This document shows, in pieces, positions 46,615-58,100 of a DNA stretch of 64,000 nucleotides. Numbering within the stretch: the stretch's first letter is position 1; each line of letters opens with the position of its first letter. The notes under the pieces are model-generated. The model had not been told where the DNA came from and made no database searches. It saw only the letters and a program-made list of their open reading frames with translations. Source of the DNA: Macrostomum lignano (Eukaryota); assembly GCA_002269645.1 (NCBI GenBank), contig NIVC01001162.1, positions 1-64,000 of the forward strand, written 5' to 3'. Made by a program: the position numbers and the translations under genes.

Positions 46615-49019
46615 GCGATGACGTTGCTCAATTCAGCGGCCAGGTTGCGTTGGCCATGCAGTTTAGCCAGCAGCCGGCCGTGCTGCGACTCAAACAATCC
46701 TGTGCAGAGCCTTGCACTGGGCCGAACGCTGCTGTAAAAGATGACAAATGCTGACAAACCTTGGGATAGAGAAAGAGGGCGTTTCAGGCAGCTGATTAGG
46801 ACGCAATTTTTTAAATCTCACGCTCGCACATGGGCTCCAGACTTGCTAGCTTACTAACAGCAGGCTATGGGCATTTTTCTCCTTTTTGTGTAATTTTTCT
46901 AGAATTCATACTAGTTGGATCTTTGTAAGCTATATGATTTTGCTATACTTGTAGTTATAATAACATAGGCACGGTTTTTGCTACTTTTGGGGTCATAAAT
47001 CATTGCTTTTGAGCTGGTCTGACAGCCACCTGCGCCTCACTCAGTGTTGAGGCTGGCGCCAGATGGTCTGAGAGGATGCGGGTGATAGCTTTTTCTCATA
47101 ATTTTTGACAGGCCATCAGATTTATGAGATCAGGGCCTATTGTTCGTGTTCACTCAAGCGTTTGACAGCTTTGACAGCTATGCGTTTTACCCCTAAAAGT
47201 ACTTTGGGATTAGCGATTAGCGATTTCTCTTCATTATCTTCACTTTCTACTTAATAAGATTTTCTAATGCATATTTTTTCATTGATTTTTGTAATTCCTA
47301 CGCGAAAGGTCATAAATCATTATGTAGCGATTTTGAGTGATTTATGACAGCATGGACGAAGGGTATGGACGAAAATACGCTAAAATACGCTAAAATAGCA
47401 TCGCTAAAAATACGCTAAAATACGCTATAAAAATACGCTAAAATAGCATCTGGCGTATTTTTATGGCGCCGAGGGAACTGATAGGATCTTCTGGTCACGT
47501 GAATTTGGGTGGCAACAAGCTCAGCCAATCAGAAAACTCGACGTCAGTTATAACAAATCGGCTCAGCCAATCAGCGTCGAGGTGTTCCATTTTAACAAAT
47601 TGCGGTCCAGTTTGCGGCTATTTAAACCGGTGTTTTTGGCCCGCTCGGACTCAACCTCCTGCTCCGCCTCCTGGGACTTTGGCCTAACTTAGACCTCCCG
47701 GAGCTCGACCGTCGTCTCTTGATCCCCGGATCGCGACTCTCCTGTCATCATCAAGGACGAATTCCCCCGGTCGTCAGCAGCGAACATCAAGATTAAGATC
47801 ATCACCTGCTAGCTATCTGCGAAGACTGTGACAGCATCATCCCAGGTCTACAGCTGCGAAGCACTAAGCCGATTCGGTCACTGTGGATTACCTGGTCTCC
47901 GGCTGCTGAGATTCTGATTGGTTGGGTGAGAGGCTACCTAGATTTGCTTGATTGGGTGATCCCTTATCTGTCCCCTATTTCAGTAGCTGGATTAGGCGCA
48001 CACTTTGCTCATTTTGTTCAGTAGTGCTGTTATTGAGGCAGAAATCATTCAATAATACTGTTAGTAATCTGAAACTCCAATTCAATCTGAAGTGTGAAGT
48101 GATCAAAGGAGAAGGTTAAATCTGACATGCACAGTTATTTTTATTGGTTTTATATCTTAGTTCGCCGATGGCTCAGATGAGTAGCTAAGCTAGTAGGCGC
48201 CGGTCACAGTGGACCAATGGCAAGGCAGTTCTCAGTCGATCTATCTATCAAATCAGTTAGCAAAGTTTCAATAGTGCAAAATCGGCGCTAAAGATGTACT
48301 CTGTGCACTCTAGATTCGCCAAGCGGCTCGGGTAATGAATCATGCGGTCTCTGATGTTCGAGTTAGCCTATCATCAGCGCTAGGAGAGGCTGCTGGTTGG
48401 CGCGTTGAAGGCCCAAAGTACAATTCCTCGTATTTAGCAATGTAAATAGTACATGTAACTACCCCATAGGCTCGCCACTGCAAGAATCCCCTGCACAAGT
48501 CCCCTCTGTACCTGCATGGCCAATGCGATCAAGTCCCAGCAGTGTCCCTTAACATCGGCTATGACTTCGAGATTTACAGCAAAAAGACACTAGTTGGCAG
48601 GTAAGTGCTAAGCCCCCTCTAGTCGGAAGCCCGATTTCGACAGTCCCGGTGTGGTGAGCCAGGACGCACGGCCGCTGGTGGCAGCGGGTTAGTTAATCTG
48701 CGGATTAGCTGATCTCTACCTTCAAAATTCTCCCTGCTTGTCTCTCGCTGTCCATCTCTCTTAGCTATAGGACCTAGACTGCTCGCCACAGATCAAGCTA
48801 CCATGGGGCTGACCATCTGACAGGAGTGGGGGGCCAGGACTCTAATTGATTTATTTCTGAGACCTGAGGCCCGAAGGCTTCCCGAAAGGGGCCGAAAAGG
48901 CCGAAACCCATCACAGCAATAATTAACGCTGTAGTGCTTGCAGTGTACTCGTAGCAGGTTTAAGTGACAGTTAATTAGTACAAATTTATAACTAATAGTT
49001 AATTAACTATATGGTGCAC

Positions 49020-49935
49020 GTTCCTCGATGGCTCTTTGCTGAGTCATCGAGGAAGCGCGGACCCGCCAGTCGAGCCTGATTGCTCTCTTTATTGACTCCA
49101 GGAAGGCTTTCGACTCGGTCGTGAGGGCCGTGCTCCCAATGGTGCTTCGTGCGTACAACGTGCCAGAGCAGCTGATTTTCGCTGTCATGGCGCTGTAATG
49201 GCACGAGCGCTGCTGTGCTAACACCGGACGGCCTGTCGGATCTCTTTGAGACATCCTCTCATGGGGTGCTTCTGGGAGATACGCTTGCGCCGTTCCTGTT
49301 TGTTCTGGTGCTTGACTGGGTGCTGCGGACTGCTCTCCCTTCTAACGACGACGGCTTCCTGTTGAAGCGACGCATGGGTCGACGCCAACCGGAGAGGCGG
49401 CTCAGCGTGCTTGGCTACGACGACGATCTCGCCCTGTTGTCCTCGACCGTCGAGGGCGCCCAACGCCAGCTGGACTCGCTGGTAAGTGTTGCGACGAGCG
49501 TCGGCCTGGTGGTCAATGCAACGCGCAGAAGACCGTCGTGCTCTGCGTGCCGGACGACATCGATGCTGCAATTTTCTGCCGAGGCGCTGAAGGGCAGGTG
49601 ACGAAGCTTCCGTGCTGTCAGCAGTTCGTCTACCTCGACAGTCTGTGGTGCCTAACGTTCGCGAGGACCTGTGACGTCGCCCTGGACTTGCCCGGGCTTG
49701 CCTGGGCGTTCCGTGAGGGCTGTCAGCTGTAGTCCGAGGCCATGCCCGACCGCCAGAGGACCTGTTCCAGGCGGTGATCGACCGTCCTGGTGTACAACCG
49801 AAACCTGGACGCTGAAGGATTCACTCGAACAGCTGGTCGATGCAGCGCACGCTGGCCTGCTGCGCGCCGCCTTCAAGATCGGCTACGAGCACGTCTACAA
49901 TGCGGCACTCTATCGCCGCGCCGGCCTGTCCCGTC
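49020..49935 (+). mobile_element. RTE-clade-like reverse transcriptase remnant with stops and frameshifts
   Basis: LFIDSRKAFDSV; GVLLGDTLAPFLFVLVLDWVLR; LGYDDDLALL; GLVVN. Confidence 0.85.
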
Positions 49936-49939
49936 CCAG

Positions 49940-50769
49940 CGAACGTCCCAGAGACGCTTGCCGCCCTGCCGCCCGCCGGCATTGTGGTCTGGACCGACGG
50001 ACAGGTCGGACAGGTCCGACAGGTCCTCGCGACGGAGCGGCGAAGTACGGCATCCTGGACGGCGGCAGCGCGTCCTGGTCGAGCCCGACACCGGCAGAGC
50101 TGTCGCCGGTCCGCATCTAGCTGCTCTGACTCCCTGAGCGCGCTCAGCGCGCTCGCGTCCGGCCCTGAGTCGACGGGCGCCACCATGATCGACGCCGTCT
50201 GGGTTAGCCTCGCCGACCTCGCGGCCCGGAGAACCTCGGTCCACCTGCAGTGGGTGCCTGGCCACGCGGGAATCCCCGGCAACGAGGCCGTGGACGAGAT
50301 CGCCAAGCGAGGCTCCACGCTGGCGCAAGGCACCGCGCCCGTCCCGTTGGCTGCCGCGCACGCTGCCGTCCGCCCCCACTGCCTCGCCCGCTGGCACCAA
50401 ACCTACAACGCGGCGGCCACCGAGGCGGCGAGCACGAGCTCGCTGGCCTGGCACCTTGCCTGCACGACGGGCCGCCTGCCGCCTCCGCCGACGAGCGACC
50501 TCACGCGGCGGCAGGAGCGGCTGATTTGCCAGCTGCGCGCTGATCGCTGCCCGGCCCTGCGGGGCTTCCAGGCCACCATCGGCATTGACGTGGCCCCCAC
50601 CTGCCGCTTCTGTGGCGATGGAGAGGAGACGGCGGCCCATCTGCTGATCTCCTGCCCCGCCCTGACTCCACACCGCTGCCGCCTCTGGGGGCCAAGCCCG
50701 GAGCCCGCGGCAGTCTTCGAGAACTGCGTCGCGGTGTTGAACTTCCTCGGGAAGGCGGGCGCCATCTGA
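49940..50769 (+). mobile_element. I-group LINE 3' portion (RNase H plus CCHC zinc knuckle)
   Basis: VVWTDG; SDSLSAL; LQWVPGHAGIPGNEAVDEIAK; CRFCGDGEETAAHLLISCP. Confidence 0.85.
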
Positions 50770-51085
50770 CGCCCGGTGCCATGGGCCCTGGCCCGAGCGC
50801 GCCCGAAGAAGAAGAAGAAGAACTGTTGCGCCATCGACGACTCCAGCTGGCAGGCCACATCATCTGAGCCGAGTCGTACTGTCTACAGCCGGTGCAGGAG
50901 GTGCTGCTGCTGACGCTGCAGGCACCCTACCGGCGGGGGCAGGGCGCGCACTCGGCGTTTCGTCGACTGCCTGCTGACTGATGCCGGCAACCCCGGACAC
51001 TGCCGGCAGTGCGGCCTACGTTCGCGCCCAGGCCTCAAAACGCGCCACGTGACGTTGTCTGCTGACTAACTAACAACGTTATATT

Positions 51086-51140
<55 letters not shown>
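51086..51140. repeat. (TTG)n microsatellite, about 18 units
   Basis: Read directly from the sequence. Confidence 0.98.
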
Positions 51141-52179
51141 ATAATCGACAGTTTCACGAGGCTGCATGTGCAGCGCTGAGATCAGTTAATTGTTGCCAGC
51201 TTGTATTACTAATACAATATAATTACGAATCCTCTTATCTGGCTGAAGCATTAGAGCGAGCTGGTTTCAAGCCGGATGCGGATGCAAGAGCTTCCATATG
51301 TACGTCAGAGCAAAGGTTCAGCAAGCAATTTCGCGTGGTCAAATCGCCGACAACACTGATTTAGAGCGGCTCAGAAGCCCACCAATTTGTGCGCAGCTAC
51401 TAATTAATATACTGCGACAGTTGCGGCAACTCTTGTACGACAGGCCACTTGCAGAACTTGCTATCCAATATCGACGTGTTGTGCAATTCCAATTAAACAA
51501 ATAACCGCGGCCTATAAAATTTATCTTGTAATTCATTTTTGCACCGTTCGGTCAATGTCCGGTGGACGGTACAGGGGTTGCAGCCGTCGACAGGGTAGCG
51601 TACGATCGAAGTTACGTGTTGATACGTGTAATCAGGAGTGAGTGAGTTTCTCGAGATGATTTCGCATGTTTATGCAAGTGCACGTCACTCTAAAAAATGT
51701 TTCAGCCTCCGTGCATATATTCGTTTGACCTAGCTCCTTTTAATTGCGATATTTTTCATACCCCGAAGCTCAAGGAGGTGGCCTACAGTTGGCTATGGGC
51801 TTGGATTTTTTTGGGTCGTCCTTTATCGGGTCATAAAGTCCACAATCCAATGCCGGTGAGGTTGTAGACTAGCATCGACACACTATTATTTGTTAAGCTA
51901 AGCCAACCCTCACACCCGCCTAGTTGCATCCCTGTTACCACACCCCCAGCTGATTTATATAATTAAAAATCTGCAAAAATGGATTTATAGTTGCGGCCGT
52001 GAACTTCATTTAAACTACGACGAAAATAGCTCGTAAAAACTTTTCAAACTGTTTTACAAGAAATCAGTCCTTCGTTTACAAGAAAAACACTTAGTCACTT
52101 CTTACTCCAAATTGTAACGTCGACGACGCTTTTGACAAGATAATAAATTAGTTGGCCACTTCTAGGATCATACATCGCA

Positions 52180-55100
52180 ATGGCTCATCAGACAGGAATC
52201 AGAGGTGAGCGTACAGATTTTTTGTATAAAACACCAGATTTTTTTCCAATTGAAGAACTAAAGAGTTAAAAAGCACAGTACAACCTACAGACTGAAGCTG
52301 AAGCATTAATTGCGACGGAAAACTAGATTTAGGGTAGGGGCCTAAAAAATATCTGACAATCTACATAAAACTATTTATAAAATATCCTATATCCAATACA
52401 ATATAGTTGTAATTCAGAAAATTTTGATGCTTTTTTCTCATCATGCCATGATCTTTCCGCAAAAATTTAAGTGGAAGCATTTAAATTATTGTTTCTTTTG
52501 TTGGCCTGTGCCCTAGTTTAGGGCCCCAAAAAGCCAAATTATAGCAAGTCTATTTTTCAACTAGATTTAATGTATCTGTAACTTAGTTAATATAATCTCA
52601 AGGCAATTTTCCTCTTTCATTCATTAAATTAATTTTTCTTTTGAACACAAACAGTACTAGGCCTAGGCCTAACTTTAAACGACAAAAAATGATAAGAGCC
52701 ATAGTCAGGAAGGTGGCACAGTGTGCGCCGGAATAATTTTTTTGGGACGATTTGTGCACCATCTATGCGCCATCTATGCGCCATTTGTGCGCTGTCTGTG
52801 CACCCTCTGTGCGCCACTCTTCACAAGTAGAGTTTTCTAAGAAAGGCTTTCTTACGAAAAACCTTTTTAAAATGTTACACATATTTTCATTTTAAACAAA
52901 CTTAAATTATACCTACAAATAAAGTAATGCAAAATTGACATTTTTAGCAATAATTGATACTAATTTTATTTACTGTTAATTTTAAAGAAGCTAAAAGTTT
53001 ATCATTGACTTTCTAGACTATACAAATCTCCTTTATTTTACGTAAAATTGTTAATTTGCATTATAATTTTCATGCATGTCAGGGACCTTATGCGCCACAA
53101 TTATGTGCCGCATATACTAGGGACCTTAGTGTGCGCCATGATTGTGGGCCAAGTGCACCAAGGACCCCTTGTGTGCGCTGTGCTTGTGCGCCAATGTGCG
53201 CCGAGACCCTTTGTATGCGCAGGAATTTTCCCCCTCAGAGGCCACCTTCCTAACTATGGGATAAGAGTAGGCCTATGTTGTAGAAACCTTCGTAGCATTT
53301 AGAAAAGCATGAAATTAAAATTGCGCCAAGGCATATAAGAAAGTGAAGCATTAACTGTCTTTTAGCAATTGTCTATGGTTAAAACTATGAGGATATCACT
53401 AGAAAACTAGAAGGGAGATACAACAAAAATAATTTACAAGTCCTTTTAAGTTTTTAGTCAGCTACTGCTACTTAAGTTTTTAGTCAACTACAATTATATT
53501 CAACATGTTACCCTGCAGCACCTATATTTATACCATAGTCAGGATCATGATATGTATGTGCCAGAAGCCACCCCAAAAATCTTTTTGGTATGCATCAAGT
53601 ACGCCAGGCAAAATGCATAAGTGTGCCAGGTGTGCCAGTCCTAAATCCTAATCACGATATATTGTAAGTTGTAATGTTTGTGTAATTGCAAGTAAAGATT
53701 ATAAATTAAGGATTTGAGGATTTATGTTTTTAATTTCTAAAAATAAAATAAAGAATAAAAAGGAAAAATAAAACATGATTTAAAGAATATTTTAAATGAA
53801 GCAACGGTTGTCAATTGTCATTACAATACATTTGCAAAATCATTATTAAACTTTGTGCAAAATTTCACATTTCATGTACTTTACATTCTTTGATTTTGTC
53901 TTTTGCAGTAGCCATGGTGCAGCCTCCTCCAGCCAGTGTGTGCTATGCATGTGCACCATGCAGTGTGTGCCATGTGTGTATGCCATGCAAGGTGCACCAA
54001 TTATATATACGGCAAGGTGTTTACCAAAAGACCCTTTCAAAAATTTTGTGCGCCAAGTGTATGCCAGCTATTGCAAATATGCACCACAAATTTCCGGCGT
54101 ATATGACATGATCCTGAATGTGGCATTTATAGTACCCCCTAGGCAAGTGCATCCCGCACTAGAGCTGTGCAACATTAATTTCACAATGCAGGAGATCACC
54201 ATTATCACGACAACACCTCAAGACATTATCAACTAGATGGAAACATATCATCTTATTGCAAACCAATGGTCTTGCTTGACCTGCCTTGGAGGTGGTGCCA
54301 GCGATATAATGGCACCACAAATGCAATTGCAATGGCATATGGGTGACTGGTTCTTAGATAGACTGGCATGGGCATGCACCAACTGTCATGCCCAGGTGTC
54401 AATTTGGAAAGGCTCATTTTTTAAGCTAGTCATCTTACACTGCAGCAACTGCTAGATCTCATTTTGGTAGTGGGCTACAGAAGCAAAGCAGGGTAAATGT
54501 CAACAACAATGCAACATTGGTCATAATGCTATTATTGACTGGCAAAACTTCATCAGGGACATTTGTTCTCAGTACCTGATTGACTATCCACTGGAACTAG
54601 GTGGTCCTGGTAGAGATGTAGAGATAGACAAATCCTATTTCTTTCATCGAAAGTAACACCAAGGTGCCCACTAGCCTAGACAGTAAGTACTAGGCAAGGT
54701 TGAATGTGGTGCCAGGAAGTGTATGATGATGGCTGTTCCTAACCGCACCATTGCAATGCTGCTACCTTTGATTCAATGCCATATTCTCCCTAGTATATGT
54801 GTGATTACTGATGGATAGCAAGCATATATATAGCTCCAGAATCATGCTGTTGTCAACCACCAGCTCTCATTTGTCAATCCTCAAGACCCAACTGTGCACA
54901 CAAACCTCATCAAGGGGACATAGGTGCACTGTAAGGCAAAGTTCAGAGCTATGCATGGTATAAGCCAGGCCCTCTTTGAGTCACATCTCAAGGAATTCAT
55001 GTGGCAGAAGATTCACCCACAGAATACCTTTGGCAATGACGCAACGTACTCTTTTGGATTGCCCACTATTACCCCTATAAACCAAACTTCAAAGTTTTGA

Positions 55101-58100
55101 CTTTTGAACTTCATCATGTTTTCTAGTGATATCCCTGCAGTTTTAACCATAGACAGTTGCTAAAAGACAGTTGTTGCTTCACTTTCTTACATGCCTTGGC
55201 GCAATTTCAATTTCATACTTTTTTAAATGCTACAAAAGTTTCCACAATATACTATTATCGTTTTTGTCATTTTTAAGTTAGTACTGTTTGTTTTCAAATG
55301 AAAAATTAATTTAATAAATGAAAGAAGAAAATTGCCAATCTCAATTCTATTTGTATTAGATAGCTATTTGGCTATAGCCAGGATTTTTAGGGCTTAACTT
55401 TAGTCAATGTGTCTTTTATTAAATTTACTATAATGATGTATTATTAAAGACAAAGTATTCTAGTTTGTAAAACAGCTTTTTACCAAATTTTATTATACAA
55501 AATTTTTGGGAAATATATTTTATATATTTTGTTTTTTGACTTTTGATAGTGTTAATAAATAGGCCTCTAGGCCTAGTATAATACAAATGGTTTTATTAAT
55601 GAAAGTAGAACCTCTAAAATGATAAAATTATTCTATAAGTTCTTTAGTTGATAATGATTTTCAAGAAGGTCTATACCTTCTTGTCTAATAATATTTATAG
55701 AGTCAGACTCATATTTAGTCTACCAATTAGTCATTAGTATGTCTGAAAATTCTTAAGTCTATATATATCAAGTTATAGCACTAAGAGCTTTAAATAATAC
55801 AATTAAGTTAGATCTATATGTGAACTAGGATGGAATTTTTGTACAAAATCCTAGATGCATTCTATGTTATAATAGGGATTACTTTTGCCTTCTAGAATAT
55901 TTCCACTGATATTACCAAAAGCTGTAATAGGGCTGTCTCCTGTACTATAGCAAATCCTACCATTATGGCACTAGAAGCTGTCTCAGGGCTAATTTCTATC
56001 CTCTGAGATGATCTTGCTGCTGTTACCAAAATTGTTAAAAGGCCAAAGTTCTTTTTTTTAATCTCAATTGCTGCCACCAAATGTTATTCTATTAGTTCCT
56101 AATGCTTATACTTTTACAGATGTTGCATGAATGTAGGCCTACTTCTAGTAGTGTATACATTCGTCTACTAGTAGTGCATGTATTTATCTACTAGACTGAA
56201 TGGTTCTATGGCACTTTCTATCCTATTCCTATTTTATTTCGATAAAGGGTTCTTCTCTCAGTCCTGGGCATTCCCAAGATCAGAGGGTCACAGCTTATAA
56301 GCATTTTATTACCATGAGGCGATTTTAATACTCTATGGTGATTTATTGCTCTAAGGTAATCTTTCTTAGGCTACTGAGTAATTCTCACTTTTAGCAGTTC
56401 TTAATTCTCCAGAATTGGGGTTTTTCATCCTATAGAAATTAATAAACCAAATCAAACTTACTAAGCAACTTTCAGGATTATTAGAAATGTTTATAAGTAA
56501 GAGCAAGCTTGCAAAAGGATACCTTTCTTGGCTTTCTTGGGCCTTCTATCCTAGTTAGGCCTACAATAAAGCAAAGTTATTGCATTTAAAAGCAAAGCCA
56601 CTAAGCATTACATTTACATTAAAAGAGAATTAGAAAACTGATCTTTAGGTATTTATTTGAACTATATTAATCTTAAAAGTGGGCTTATCCAAAATAATAA
56701 ATATTTAAATATTAATCATGATGTAGTGCTCTTTTTATAATAATATAGTGCTTGTTTTATAATAATTTTTTTTCTTGTATATTCTTTTTCTACAATTAAA
56801 ACTTATTCTTTCTTAGAAAATACTGCATTTGAATTTTTGAACTTTAAGCTATAATACTTAAAGCTATTAGCCAAGGTTAATAGCCAACAAGAAATAAGAA
56901 AATAGCAATTTTAAGCAAAAATTAAATATATTTCTGTTTTTGATTTCTAATAAATGTTTTCCAATTACCAATAGTTTTTTCTTTTACTTTTATAACAAAA
57001 ATGTTTTGAACCAAATTCTTGACTTTTTTGTATTGGTCCTGGGCCATGTTTTTGGCCTAGATTCTTGACCTTTTTGGGCCTCGGGGGGGGGGGGGCTACA
57101 GCAGCCCAAGCCAAAAATTAGCCTAATTACCATGAGGCTTTATTTATATGTATAGCAATTTTAGTCTACTTAATTCGTTGATTGAAAGTGCATTTCATCC
57201 CATTAATATCAGTTGGGTAATCAGCAAGAACTATGAGTAGCACTATGACTTTGATAATGCCTCGTCATCTAATTAGTCTACACCCATGCCGCCAGGAAAT
57301 GACGAGCTCTCGCAGGCCTTCGCCGAAGCTGTCGCCGAAGACAGCAACTGGCGATTCCTCAAAGTTGTGATTCGCGATGAGTCCCTAGAGCTGGAGACCC
57401 GCGCACAGGTCAGGCCCGGCGCCACCTGGCGTGATCAGTTCGACGAGTGCTTGACTCCGCACCTGGTCAAAGGCGGCGCCTGCTACCTGTTCTACAGATT
57501 GGACTCGACAAACTCGTATGGCTACCAGTGGCTGTTCATGCAGTACGTGCACGACTCCGCCCCGATCAGGGCCAAGATGCTGTACAGCGCCACCGCCGCC
57601 ACCGTCAAGCGGGCATTTGGCGGCGAGCACCTGGCCTCGGAAGGCACCCTGACCGGCACCCAGCCTGAGGATCTCTGCCTGAGCGGCTACGATCGCCACT
57701 TGGCCTCCGCTAGCGCGCCGCCGCCGCTCACCCAGGCCGAAGAGGAGCGGGCCATGGTGCGCGAGATGGAGCGGGTGCAGGCCGGCATCGACGAGCGCCA
57801 GCAGACCCTGGCCGGCGTCGGGTTCAATGTGTCGGACGAGGCCGCCGATGCTCTGCGACAATTCGCCGCCGGCAAGCTCGACTATGTGCAGGTGGGTGTG
57901 CGGTCTGCGACAGCGTTCTCGCGGAAATGCGTTATGGACTATTAGAAATTCAGATTTCCTAGGAGAGAGTGAGATTTCCAGGGTGAGAGTGAGATTTCCT
58001 TAGTGAGAGTAAGATTTCCTAGGTGAGGGTGAGATTTCCTAGGTGAGGGTGAGATTTCCTAGGTGAGGGTGAGATTTACTGGATGAGAGAGAGAATGTAG

